Below are positions 16,123 through 25,986 of a DNA stretch of 49,765 nt, piece by piece; positions within the stretch are counted from its first letter, which is position 1, and each line of letters starts with the position of its first letter. The DNA is from Spirochaetes bacterium GWB1_36_13. Lineage in GTDB: Bacteria; Spirochaetota; GWB1-36-13. The notes beneath the pieces were generated by a model. That model was not told the origin of the DNA. It did not search any database and saw only the letters and a program-made list of their open reading frames with translations. The translations under genes and the position numbers were made by a program. The stretch lies in contig MIAO01000144.1 in the NCBI GenBank assembly GCA_001829155.1, positions 1-49,765 of the forward strand. The letters run 5' to 3'.

Positions 16123-16827
16123 TTAATTCAGCGAAAGTTTTTTTTGGATTTTTTCGATTTCATCCGTTATTTTTTGAGTTTCCTCATAATTTTCATAGAA
16201 AATGGAGATAAACTTGTCAACATAAAGAAAAACGGCTCTTTCAGCTGTTTTTCCCTTGATGGGAAGGAGTTCCATAATAATTTCCACATCCAGAGGGTTG
16301 AAATAATTTTTCATGTCGTTCAAAAGCTTCATGAGTTTCCCCCGGTTGACCGGGATTTTAATTTTTTTGGACCGCGAAGACATATCTTTACGGATATTGA
16401 TGAGCATCTTTTTCAGCATGTAGATTTTTTCTTTCAGTGAAAGATTTAAAACCACGGTCTCAATTTTTTCACGGTAGAGAGCCAGATAGTGATCGATGAT
16501 TTTATTGAGAGTAAAATATTCGTTATCAGGCAGACTTTTAAGGTAGTCGGCATCGTTTTTTAAAGTGATTTCCCCCGCATAGATCAAATCGCACCGGGAC
16601 TGGCGGATATAAAGCATAAACTCTTCCCGATCCTGAAACCCGACAGGGGGAAAGGTGGCGGTGATTAAGTTGTCGTCCAGCATAAAAACAGAAACCACAA
16701 AATTGACCGCAATAAAATTGATTGAAGGGTTGATTTTGTTTTCTTTATTGATGATTTCCCAGTAAATGACCGCATTTCCGGAAAGCTGAGAAGTATTGCC
16801 TATTTCTAAATTAAATTTTACCTGCAT
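16123..16827 (-). CDS. Hypothetical protein
   Basis: 234-aa ORF with host-like codon use; possible degenerate UVR-like C-terminus (ENYEETQKITDEI). Confidence 0.7.
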   Translation of the reverse strand: MQVKFNLEIGNTSQLSGNAVIYWEIINKENKINPSINFIAVNFVVSVFMLDDNLITATFPPVGFQDREEFMLYIRQSRCDLIYAGEITLKNDADYLKSLPDNEYFTLNKIIDHYLALYREKIETVVLNLSLKEKIYMLKKMLINIRKDMSSRSKKIKIPVNRGKLMKLLNDMKNYFNPLDVEIIMELLPIKGKTAERAVFLYVDKFISIFYENYEETQKITDEIEKIQKKLSLN

Positions 16828-16986
16828 TTCATTGACCGTTTATTTTTTTTAATCATTAAAAATTAATCATTTTTCAGGCAATAAAAAAATGCTCTCTCAA
16901 AGTTTTTTGGCATCAAAAACAGTTATCAAAAACTTAATTCATTCGATAAATTTGAATAGAAAAGAATAGAGAAAACGGAGCAGGAT

Positions 16987-18207
16987 ATGAAAAGACTTTT
17001 ATTGAGTTTAACGATCTTAATTTTTTCCATACAAAGCGGATACAGTTATTATTTTAAGTTTCAGGATCAAAAAGGGGATTTGTACCGGATCTCAGCTTCT
17101 TCGATTCAGGAAGCTTATATCGACAACCGGAAAATAGCTGTTTATGACCAGGGCTATAAGGCTTTGCTCCGTGTTGAGGAAGTAGGGGGAGATTTTTCAA
17201 AAATCAACGGAGAATACTACTATATGGCTAAACCTTACGGTTCGAAAGGCAGCTATGAAGTTTTGGACAACAGGGTTTATAAAAGCAGTTTTAAACGCTT
17301 TAACAACGGAAAAATGGATATCAGTTCTGATTTTTTTTATCCCGTGATTCGAAATCTTCCCGTCTTTTTAGATAAAGATATTCAAATCGGTGAAAGCTGG
17401 CAGGGCGAGGGTTCTGAGTCTCAGGATTTTACGCGCATCGGAATCCCGAAGCCGTTTATTGTCCCTTTTGATGTGAGTTATAAATATGAAAGGGATGAGA
17501 CGAAAAACGGCAAAGATTATGCAGTGATTAGTGTTTTTTATTATATCAATTTCCGGTTTGGAAAAAAAATTGATGTGATTCCTTCTGCGCAAAACAATTA
17601 TGGAAGAGCTTCCTATCCGATCCGCGCGGTGGGATTTTTTAAAGGGGATCTTCTTTGGGACAAGGAAGCGAATCAAATCGGGTTTTACGGCGGAAAATAC
17701 AATTTTATCTATATCATGTCCAATGGAGAAGTCCGCGAGTGGAAAGGAGAGGATCAGGGAGAAATTACGATTGTCCGTGAAAATCAAGAAGAAGAAAAAA
17801 AGATGGAAGAAGAGGCGGTGAAGGAAATTGGAACATTGGGCGAAGTCCAGAAAGCCGATCAGGGAATCAAGCTTATTTTTTCAGATATTCTTTTTGATTT
17901 TAATAAAGTGAATTTAAAATCAGAAATTATTCCAACCTTGGATAAAATTATTGAAATTCTTAAAAAATACCCGAAATACGAAGTCAGGGTAGAGGGGCAC
18001 TCAGACGACAGGGGCGCGGAAGAGTATAAACAGGCAATTGCTTTAGGAAGATCAAAAGTAGTGGCAAACTATCTGGTTTCGAAAGGAATCGATCCAAACC
18101 GGGTCTCTTATTCAGGTTTCAGTGATAAAAAACCTCTGGTTCCGAATACAAGCGAAGAAAACAGAAGTAAAAACAGAAGGGTAGAGATTTATATTATTAC
18201 GAAATAA
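16987..18207 (+). CDS. OmpA family protein with signal peptide
   Basis: C-terminal ILFDFNK...VEGHSDDRG...GRSKVVANYL...NRRVEI peptidoglycan-binding domain. Confidence 0.9.
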   Translation: MKRLLLSLTILIFSIQSGYSYYFKFQDQKGDLYRISASSIQEAYIDNRKIAVYDQGYKALLRVEEVGGDFSKINGEYYYMAKPYGSKGSYEVLDNRVYKSSFKRFNNGKMDISSDFFYPVIRNLPVFLDKDIQIGESWQGEGSESQDFTRIGIPKPFIVPFDVSYKYERDETKNGKDYAVISVFYYINFRFGKKIDVIPSAQNNYGRASYPIRAVGFFKGDLLWDKEANQIGFYGGKYNFIYIMSNGEVREWKGEDQGEITIVRENQEEEKKMEEEAVKEIGTLGEVQKADQGIKLIFSDILFDFNKVNLKSEIIPTLDKIIEILKKYPKYEVRVEGHSDDRGAEEYKQAIALGRSKVVANYLVSKGIDPNRVSYSGFSDKKPLVPNTSEENRSKNRRVEIYIITK

Positions 18208-18225
18208 AGAGGTTTTGAAGTTTTT

Positions 18226-18265
18226 AAAGCCTTTCCCGGTTTAAAAACCGGGGAAGGTTTTTTTA
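18226..18265. terminator. Probable bidirectional intrinsic terminator
   Basis: gcctttcccggtt/aaccggggaaggt hairpin with T-run, between convergent genes. Confidence 0.7.
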
Positions 18266-18275
18266 TTGAGTTTTT

Positions 18276-18767
18276 TTAATTTCCCAATTTTTTGAAATCT
18301 TTTTGGAACTCGTCGCTGGCAGCTTTTAAGTTAGCGGAAGCTTCCTTGATTTTACCCGAAGCGGTAGTCATATTTTCTTTGTATTTGTCAAATTCCGGAA
18401 GATCGCTTTCATCCAGTTTGGATTCAATGGATTTTGCGATTTCTTTAGACTCTTCATAGAGAGCTTTTGCTTCATCCTGAATTTTCTGAACCGGTCTGAT
18501 TTTTTTCATCAATTCTACTTTTAAAGTCGCTTCATCGCCTACATTTTTATTTTTCTCAGTGTCAGCTTTGACTTGTTTTAAATTCCACTGAATGGCATCT
18601 TTGATGTCTTTTTCAAGCTGAGTGATTCCTTCAGAAACTTCTTTGTCCAGGGAAGCAATCGTTTGTTTTCTTTGTTTTCCCAGATCAGCATCTTTTTTAG
18701 TCCCTTCTCCGCCGCATGAAACAGTGAAAAAAGCTAAAACCAAAAGACTGAATAAAATTTTTTTCAT
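18276..18767 (-). CDS. Helical lipoprotein, unknown function
   Basis: Signal peptide with lipobox FTVSC; AGGAG RBS; charged helical body. Confidence 0.8.
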   Translation of the reverse strand: MKKILFSLLVLAFFTVSCGGEGTKKDADLGKQRKQTIASLDKEVSEGITQLEKDIKDAIQWNLKQVKADTEKNKNVGDEATLKVELMKKIRPVQKIQDEAKALYEESKEIAKSIESKLDESDLPEFDKYKENMTTASGKIKEASANLKAASDEFQKDFKKLGN

Positions 18768-18832
18768 TTTATACTCCTTATAAAAATTACTAAGAATAAA
18801 ATAATCATTCTGGATTCAGAAACAAAAAAAAA

Positions 18833-20632
18833 TTAAAATTTTATAATCAGAATCGTAAAATCATCAAACAATTCTTTTTTTTCCTGAATAAAGGTTTTTT
18901 GAATCAAAGCCACTAATTCTTTTGAACTTAAATGATGGTGTTCAATAATAATCTGCTTTAAAAGCTCTTCGCCTTCCTCTTCCATATTGTTGACTAAAGC
19001 TTCTGTCACCCCGTCTGTAAAAAGAAGAAGAATATCGTTTGTTTCGTAGGCGCAGATCGCTTCCTCCATATCGTTCTCAGGAATAATCCCGATTGGTTTT
19101 CCGTGAGTTTTCAATGTCAGGATCTTGTTTTCTGCGTGTTTGAATAAAAGCTGGTTGTTATGCCCTGCAAAAGAGTAACGGAATGTCCGTTCTTTTTTAT
19201 TGATTAAAAAGTAGGCGATGGTAATAAACATACCGTCCTGAGTCTCATAAAAAAGAGTCTCGTTGAGTTCTTTCAATACATTTTTGGGGTAATGGTAAAA
19301 CCGGATTTTTTCTTTTAAGGATGTACTGGCGGTTGCCATGAAAAATGCCGCAGGAAGACCTTTTCCGGAGACATCTCCGATATAAGCGGCCAGTTCATTC
19401 TGATTGATTTTCTGAAATCCGAAAAAATCTCCGCTGACATTTCTGGCAGGAAGATTGAGCCCGTATATATCGAAATCTTTGTCGATTGAAAAATTCTGGA
19501 GAAGCATTTTATGCTGGAGTAAAGCCGCATTTTCAAGCTCATTATTGATCAGGCTCTGATTGATTTTTTCCTGATTTAGAAGGTATTGATTATAAATATT
19601 TCCTAAGGATACAGCGATAGAGCGGATCAAGGAGAAATCAAAATCATCAAATCCCTCATTCTCATCTTCTTTTATTTTTTCCGATACATTGACAAACCCG
19701 ATGACTTCGTCATTGTTCATAATGGGAAGAGAGATAAAAGACTCTGTCGAGTATTTTTCCTGAATATGTTCAATGGCGAAATTAGATTGTTTTTTATTGA
19801 GCACATAAATCGGTTTTTTATAGACATCTACCATTTTCATAATGCGGGTTTTTTCAAGGTAAACAATTTCTCCTTCTTTCAGGGTTTTTTCTTCAAACCC
19901 TAAAGCGCTCATCAGCTCAAAAACATTTTTGGATTTTTCCCTTTTTACAAAAATAGATACACGGGAGCATAAAACAGTATCCCGGATCAGAATGGCCGCT
20001 TTTTTAAAGACATCTTTTAAAACTATCTGATCGGAAGACATGGAAAAAGTATTTAAAAGAGAATAAAGAGCATTCAGCTCATCCACCCGTTTATTGGTGA
20101 TTTTATTGTTTTTTAAAACATTGTCATAAAGAACCCTGTTGTAAATAGCGAGAGAAGATAAATCTGTAATATAGGAAAGAACCTTAAGATCGTAATCGTT
20201 AAACCCATCGGGTGAGAAAGCGTTGATCACTTCCAAAACCCCGATTGTGTCCCCTTTCACTGCCAGAGGAAACGCGATCAGGTTTTTAGTCTGAAAACTG
20301 GTATGTTCGTCTATTCCGGCATAAAATCTTGTGTCATTAGAGACATCGTTGACAATGACGGGCTGTTTATTTTTAAAGACATGCCCGGCAATTCCCTTGT
20401 CGGAGGGAAATGAATACTGTTTGATCAGTTCTTTCTTTTCACCTGTTACAGAGTAAAAAGTCAGGTTTTTTTTATTTTCATCGACTAAAAGAACAGAGGC
20501 AGCCTCTGCTTTGATAATTTCAGTTGTTGTCTGCATGATAGAATCCAATAACTCAGGAAGTTCGTAGGATGAGTTGATTTTCCGGCTGATGTAAATCGCT
20601 TTGTCTAAAATGGATTCTTCGTATTGACTCAT
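18833..20632 (-). CDS. GAF-GAF-SpoIIE/PP2C phosphatase (RsbU-like)
   Basis: GIAGHV...NDVSNDTRF GAF; VSGDFF, GDVSGKG, AGH, FTDGVTEA, DDFT. Confidence 0.9.
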   Translation of the reverse strand: MSQYEESILDKAIYISRKINSSYELPELLDSIMQTTTEIIKAEAASVLLVDENKKNLTFYSVTGEKKELIKQYSFPSDKGIAGHVFKNKQPVIVNDVSNDTRFYAGIDEHTSFQTKNLIAFPLAVKGDTIGVLEVINAFSPDGFNDYDLKVLSYITDLSSLAIYNRVLYDNVLKNNKITNKRVDELNALYSLLNTFSMSSDQIVLKDVFKKAAILIRDTVLCSRVSIFVKREKSKNVFELMSALGFEEKTLKEGEIVYLEKTRIMKMVDVYKKPIYVLNKKQSNFAIEHIQEKYSTESFISLPIMNNDEVIGFVNVSEKIKEDENEGFDDFDFSLIRSIAVSLGNIYNQYLLNQEKINQSLINNELENAALLQHKMLLQNFSIDKDFDIYGLNLPARNVSGDFFGFQKINQNELAAYIGDVSGKGLPAAFFMATASTSLKEKIRFYHYPKNVLKELNETLFYETQDGMFITIAYFLINKKERTFRYSFAGHNNQLLFKHAENKILTLKTHGKPIGIIPENDMEEAICAYETNDILLLFTDGVTEALVNNMEEEGEELLKQIIIEHHHLSSKELVALIQKTFIQEKKELFDDFTILIIKF

Positions 20633-21558
20633 AGTTTAATCTTCAAACCTTCCTTTGCTATGATTAAATTTACCTTATAATCGAGGGATTTGACAAAATT
20701 TTCTAAATATTTTTTCATTTTCAGAACATCTTTGTCTTTTTTTTCAGGCGCATGGTGAAACAATACTAAATTTCTAACGGGCGCATGCTTTGTATTTTCA
20801 ATTAAAAACTCGATCGGACCATGACCCCATCCCTGTTTCCCGTCATAATATTCTTTTTCTGTGCAAAAAGCATCATAGATTAATATATTCGAATCTCGAA
20901 TAAAATCAACTATTTCTTGATTTCTTCGTGAAACTTCTTTTGACGCTTCTAAAACTTCTTCACCGCCTATTTTTAAATCGTTCATTATCATTGGATTGTC
21001 TTCTAGTACCACATTTCTGTAAATTTCATGATCATAAACGGTTGTGATGATTTTTCCTTCACAGAAAATTTTATATCCGTAGGTTTTGACAGGGTGGTTT
21101 AAAACTTTTGGAATAATCTGGTAACTGCCTATCGTAAAAGGTTTTTCTTCTATATCGTTAAAAAAAATTTTTGCCTTTAAATCCGATATTTTCACAGGAT
21201 AATAAGGATAGTTCATCTGTCCTGCCAAAATATTTTCAATCGTATCCTTATCCCTTGCAGGACCATAGACATATATTTCAAAATCTTTCAAGTAAAGCGG
21301 AGTGAAAAATGGAAGTCCCTGAATATGATCCCAGTGGGTATGGGTCAGGATAAGCGAGCATTTTTTCATTCCTGTCGCAAGGTAAGCGCTGACAATATGG
21401 TTTCCCAGATTTTTAATCCCTGTGCCGGCGTCAATAATTAAAAGTTCATTTTTATCATTCATGATTTCAATACAGGAGGTGTTGCCGCCGATTTTAACCG
21501 TGTCTTCTCCGGGAACAGGAATAGAGCCCCGGACCCCCCAAAATTTAACTGTGAGCAT
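20629..21558 (-). CDS. MBL-fold metallo-hydrolase (phosphodiesterase-like)
   Basis: FWGVRGSIP, GGNTSC, DAGTG, THTHWDHIQG, WGHG, LFHHAP. Confidence 0.9.
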   Translation of the reverse strand: MLTVKFWGVRGSIPVPGEDTVKIGGNTSCIEIMNDKNELLIIDAGTGIKNLGNHIVSAYLATGMKKCSLILTHTHWDHIQGLPFFTPLYLKDFEIYVYGPARDKDTIENILAGQMNYPYYPVKISDLKAKIFFNDIEEKPFTIGSYQIIPKVLNHPVKTYGYKIFCEGKIITTVYDHEIYRNVVLEDNPMIMNDLKIGGEEVLEASKEVSRRNQEIVDFIRDSNILIYDAFCTEKEYYDGKQGWGHGPIEFLIENTKHAPVRNLVLFHHAPEKKDKDVLKMKKYLENFVKSLDYKVNLIIAKEGLKIKL

Positions 21559-21559
21559 T

Positions 21560-22639
21560 TTAAATTCCTATGTGTGGTTTGTAATCATTTTCAATATCTT
21601 GATTTTCCTGTACCAGAGTGTTGTAGATTAAAACAGGATTTTTGCTGGGGATAAAACCGTTGATTCTCATCAATTCGGATAAGAGAACCTCGTTGAAAGT
21701 TTCAAACAGTTCAAAAATAACCGAATGAGAAGCATTGACACCCTTAAAAATATAGCGCTGAGAATTGGGCAGAAGCTTATTCATAATAAAAGAATGGTGA
21801 GTGGGAAAAAGAACATCATGGCTGGAGCCGATGATAAAACAAGGGATGGAGATATCAGAAAGGTAGCGCTCGCTGTCAAAATTTTTCAATCCTTTGATGG
21901 TGCCGGTCAAGGCTGAAATTGTATTTTTCAGCTGGTTTGATTTTTTTAATTCTTCCAGCATTTGAGGAAAGTTTTGAATAAAATTATCAGAAAAAATTAA
22001 TGCAACCAGACTGTTGAAATAAAGCTGAAGTTTTTCTTCATCCGGAACAGACGGGAAAGAAAGAAAATGTTCATAAAAATCAAAAAGTATTTTTATTTTT
22101 CCAGTGATTTTATATCCTGTGTTAATCAATATCAAAGCTTTGATAATATCTTGATGAGATTTTGCGAATTCCTGGGCAATCATGCCTCCCGCAGAGATCC
22201 CTATAAGATAAAAATCTTTAATCCCAATCTGGTCAATCACTGATTTTAGAGTATAGACATGAAATTCCATGTCATAAATAAACCCTTTCGGTTTGGAAGA
22301 CTTTCCCTGTCCGATTTGATCATAGCAAAGGATATTATAGCCTTTGCGGATAAATTCTCCTTTCTGATACATCCACAAAGCAGTGCTGCCTGAAAAACCG
22401 TTGATAAAAACGGCCCATTTTTTATTCGATTCTTTTTGATAAGTTTCATAAGAAATTTCAATCTGCAGTTTTTCTTTTTCATTTTTGTCGATTTTTGCAA
22501 AAGAATACTCCAGATTGAGTTTATTTTCTTCATAAAAGCTGTCTCTGGGCATTGCCAGATAGTTTTTTAAATAATCGCTTCTCAGACTCGAAAAGAGATT
22601 TTTATGATGAGTTCTCAATTCGATAAATTTTTCCAGCAT
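21560..22639 (-). CDS. Alpha/beta hydrolase
   Basis: YDQIGQGKS, GISAGG nucleophile elbow, HD acid region, ASH His. Confidence 0.85.
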   Translation of the reverse strand: MLEKFIELRTHHKNLFSSLRSDYLKNYLAMPRDSFYEENKLNLEYSFAKIDKNEKEKLQIEISYETYQKESNKKWAVFINGFSGSTALWMYQKGEFIRKGYNILCYDQIGQGKSSKPKGFIYDMEFHVYTLKSVIDQIGIKDFYLIGISAGGMIAQEFAKSHQDIIKALILINTGYKITGKIKILFDFYEHFLSFPSVPDEEKLQLYFNSLVALIFSDNFIQNFPQMLEELKKSNQLKNTISALTGTIKGLKNFDSERYLSDISIPCFIIGSSHDVLFPTHHSFIMNKLLPNSQRYIFKGVNASHSVIFELFETFNEVLLSELMRINGFIPSKNPVLIYNTLVQENQDIENDYKPHIGI

Positions 22640-22890
22640 TTTTTGTCCTTAAGGTTAAAAAAATATTCAGAGCATTCCGGCAGTTTCAAAGAAAGGTTCA
22701 TTCCCATCGAAATAAATGTAACTGCTTATTTATTCGATAATTTTATAAATAGAATTTAAAGAAAAAAAAATTTATTTCAAAATGATTTCTGATTTTCTTT
22801 TGATTTTTTAAATCAAGGCTTTTTTCTATTTAGGAAACCTAAAAAATAATATTAAATTTTTATCCTCCGTTCAATTTTTGGAGAAGAAAA

Positions 22891-24108
22891 GTGCAGAATG
22901 AACAAAAAATATTTACTGTTAAAGAGCTCAATACAGAACTGAAAAAAATCACTTCCACATTTTTTTCAAATATTTATCTGGAATGTGAAATTTCATCCAT
23001 CCGTTTTCACGGGAGCGGAAACATCTATTTGTCTTTAAAGGATGAAGAATCTGTCATTGACGCAGTCATTTTTACCAATAACAATAATCCTGCCTACAGG
23101 GAGCTGAAAGAAGGGACGAAAGTGCTTGCAGTCGGCGGGGTTTCGCTCAATGTCAAAAGCGGCCGCTATAGTTTTAATATCAGGGAACTGAAAACTAAAG
23201 GCAAGGGAGAGCTTTTAGAAAAGTTTTTAAAACTCAAGGAAAAACTTGAAAAAGAAGGGCTTTTTGATGACTCGTTTAAAAAACCGATCCCCTTTCTCCC
23301 GAAAAAAATCGGCATTGTCACTTCTTCCACAGGAGCCGCTGTCAAAGATATCCTGACGGTGACTCAAAGGAGATTCCCCTCTGTTGACATTATTATTTTC
23401 CCGGCTCTTGTGCAGGGAGGGGACGAAGCGGCTCTTTCGATTGTTGAGGCGGTTCGGGCGGCGGAAGCTTACGGTGATATTGATGTTTTGATTGTGGGAA
23501 GAGGGGGAGGTTCTTATGAGGATCTTGCTGTTTTTAACGATGAAAGAATCGCTTATGCCCTTTTTCAATGCCCGATTCCCGTCGTTTCTGCGATCGGCCA
23601 TGAAAGGGATTTTACCATCGCTGATTTTGTGGCGGATATAAGAGCAGCGACGCCTTCACAGGCAGCAGAATTGACTGTGCCTGACCGCAATCAGTTATTG
23701 AATACAATACAGTATTACTCAAGCCGTCTGGAAAAAAAACTGGATGCCAAAATTCAGTATGCGGATTTGGCTATGGAACGCTATTCCAAGGAAGCCCTCC
23801 TTGCCCTGCTTTACGACCGGATCAATGAAGGCTCGGAAATACTTGATTATTATAAAGATAAAATAGATCAGCGGATTTCTTTGTGTTTTCAAAAAGTAGA
23901 AAACCGTATGGAAGTCCTTTATGCAGGGCTTGAAAAACTCAACCCGCTTTATATTTTAAAAAAAAATTATGCAGCGGTTTATCAGGAAAATGGCGAGATT
24001 CTCAAGTCGGTAAGAGATGCAGAGATTGGAAAAAATCTGATTATTGAGTTAAAAGACGGAAAAATTCTAACCAGAACAGAAAAAATATTAAATGAAACGA
24101 AAACTTGA
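22891..24108 (+). CDS. xseA: Exodeoxyribonuclease VII large subunit
   Basis: IGIVTSSTGAAVKD, GRGGGSYEDL, SAIGHERD, RAATPSQAAE. Confidence 0.96.
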   Translation: MQNEQKIFTVKELNTELKKITSTFFSNIYLECEISSIRFHGSGNIYLSLKDEESVIDAVIFTNNNNPAYRELKEGTKVLAVGGVSLNVKSGRYSFNIRELKTKGKGELLEKFLKLKEKLEKEGLFDDSFKKPIPFLPKKIGIVTSSTGAAVKDILTVTQRRFPSVDIIIFPALVQGGDEAALSIVEAVRAAEAYGDIDVLIVGRGGGSYEDLAVFNDERIAYALFQCPIPVVSAIGHERDFTIADFVADIRAATPSQAAELTVPDRNQLLNTIQYYSSRLEKKLDAKIQYADLAMERYSKEALLALLYDRINEGSEILDYYKDKIDQRISLCFQKVENRMEVLYAGLEKLNPLYILKKNYAAVYQENGEILKSVRDAEIGKNLIIELKDGKILTRTEKILNETKT

Positions 24109-24156
24109 CGATTGTTAAAAGAAGCTGATTTATCTATCAGTAGAAGGGAGGGGTTA

Positions 24157-24507
24157 ATGAGTGAAGAAAAAAAAATAAAAATCAGAAAAACATTCAGTGT
24201 GCATTCTGATTCGTCCAATAAAAAAGAGAATCCGATTAATTCTCAAAAAATTACAAAAAATCTGGAACTCCTTGAGCAAACCGTAAAAAAAATTGAAAAT
24301 AAATACAAAACTTTTGGGTTTCAGGATTCCAAGGAAGAAGAATTTTTTCAAAACAACCAGGGTAAAAATATTACTCTGGAAATCAGCCATCTGGCTAAAC
24401 AGGAAGGCGTATTGGAAGGAATTGATAAATTCAGAATCTGCATCAGTCAAGAAGGGATTAAAAAATATTTTTTTAAACATGCGGTGATTTGTTATTATTC
24501 AAATTAA
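24157..24507 (+). CDS. Hypothetical protein
   Basis: ATG at 24157 with GGAGGG RBS (ORF track starts 24112); no recognisable motif. Confidence 0.6.
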   Translation: MSEEKKIKIRKTFSVHSDSSNKKENPINSQKITKNLELLEQTVKKIENKYKTFGFQDSKEEEFFQNNQGKNITLEISHLAKQEGVLEGIDKFRICISQEGIKKYFFKHAVICYYSN

Positions 24508-24523
24508 TAAAAAAGGAAATAAA

Positions 24524-24958
24524 ATGAAAAAAATCATATTTTTGTTTATTCTGATATTTCTTCCGATTTTCAGTTTTGCCTCTATGGAACTTGGGGTCAT
24601 TCTCGGAAATCCTACCGGAATCAGCGGAAAATACTCGAATTTTCAGGCAGGTATGGGTTGGGATTTAACCCAGTCCTTTCATTTAAATATTGATTATCTT
24701 TTTTATGATTTAAGTTTTTCAAAGCTTCCTCTTGTTTTTTATGTGGGCGGCGGGGGAACGATGATTGTTCAAACTACAAAAGAAAAAGCTGCCGGAAATG
24801 ATTCTTTTCGCCTTGGAGTCAGGCTCCCTCTCGGTTTATTTTATCAAATTAAAGTGATTCCTTTGAAAGTTTTTTTTGAAGCCGCTCCTGCTTTTTATCT
24901 GATTGAGTCCACAAGAGCCGGTATCGACTGGGGTTTAGGGGTTCGATATGTTTTTTAA
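24524..24958 (+). CDS. Small outer-membrane beta-barrel (DUF3996/BAPKO_0422-like)
   Basis: Signal peptide, LGVILGNPTGIS.K, GVRLPLG, terminal GVRYVF. Confidence 0.7.
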   Translation: MKKIIFLFILIFLPIFSFASMELGVILGNPTGISGKYSNFQAGMGWDLTQSFHLNIDYLFYDLSFSKLPLVFYVGGGGTMIVQTTKEKAAGNDSFRLGVRLPLGLFYQIKVIPLKVFFEAAPAFYLIESTRAGIDWGLGVRYVF

Positions 24959-25382
24959 TAAAAAATATGTTATTTTATTTTTTCTGATTCATTCTTTTAT
25001 TTTTGCTCAAAATAACGGGGAAGAAACTTCTAAAAAAGAACCAGAGGTTTTTAACCTGGTCCAGCTGACAGAAGAAAATATTCAGCATTTTCTGGAAGGA
25101 AAAGATTTGGTACTCATTTATTTTTACTCGAAATCCAATCCTGATTCTCTTAAAATGAAAGAAAGTATTAAGAAAATCAAGATAGAAGGCTCTCCTTCTG
25201 TTTTTACTGTCAATCTGGAAACCAATCAGGGGTTAAGGCAGTCTTTCAAGATACAGGATCTTCCTTCTCTTGTGATTCTTAAAAAGAGAAAACTGATTTA
25301 TGGTCTTACCGGTTATATTGACGATCCTGAAGTGCTTTCAGAATTTATCAACAATGGAATCAAAGACAACCTTTATGAATAA
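24948..25382 (+). CDS. Exported thioredoxin-fold protein lacking CxxC
   Basis: LVLIYFYSKSNPDS in place of FYAxWCxxC; F.IQDLPSLVIL cis-Pro motif. Confidence 0.65.
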   Translation: MFFNKKYVILFFLIHSFIFAQNNGEETSKKEPEVFNLVQLTEENIQHFLEGKDLVLIYFYSKSNPDSLKMKESIKKIKIEGSPSVFTVNLETNQGLRQSFKIQDLPSLVILKKRKLIYGLTGYIDDPEVLSEFINNGIKDNLYE

Positions 25383-25986
25383 TATTTTTCATTTTCTCTA
25401 TCTTTCTGAAACACCTTATCTTAAAATTATTCACCGTCTGGGATATCCCAATCTGGAAGCGCTTTCTGAACGCGAAAAAAAAATGATCGATCAATCGATT
25501 GAATCATGCCAGACTATCTGGGAACCTCAGGGAATCATAAAAACCTTTCCTATCCTTGAAGTCAGAGAAAATGAGGTCTTGACTGATTTATTCAGTATTC
25601 CGGGAAAAGATATTGCAAAACTTTTACAAACTTCCTCTTTCGTGAGTCTTTTCGCGGTTACTTCCGGAGAGAAAGCTTTAAAGTTTAAAAACGATTTATT
25701 CGATAAGAAAGAAATAACAAAAGCGGCTATTCTAGATGCTGTTTTATCTGAAATGACAGACTCATTGGCAGAAGAACTCAATAAAAACCTGAAAAGAATG
25801 GCTTCTTTGAAAGCTTATAATTTAACGCGCCGATTCAGTCCCGGATACGGCGATCTTTCTTTAAGTTTTCAAAAAGTTCTTTTGGAAACGCTTGACAGTG
25901 AAAAAATCGGGATTACTTTAAATGAAAAATATATTATGAAACCTGAAAAATCGGTTACAGCGGTGGTCGGATGGACAAAGATTTAA
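25375..25986 (+). CDS. Vitamin B12-dependent methionine synthase activation-domain protein
   Basis: LFAVTSG, AILDA, RFSPGYGD, MKPEKSVTA; start taken at MNNIF. Confidence 0.85.
   Translation: MNNIFHFLYLSETPYLKIIHRLGYPNLEALSEREKKMIDQSIESCQTIWEPQGIIKTFPILEVRENEVLTDLFSIPGKDIAKLLQTSSFVSLFAVTSGEKALKFKNDLFDKKEITKAAILDAVLSEMTDSLAEELNKNLKRMASLKAYNLTRRFSPGYGDLSLSFQKVLLETLDSEKIGITLNEKYIMKPEKSVTAVVGWTKI

Noticed and set aside
24112-24507. xseB expected after xseA
   Set aside because: Lacks the XseB FE..L..LE.IV..LE...L.LE.S...FE.G pattern beyond a weak LELLEQTVKKIE resemblance; left as hypothetical.
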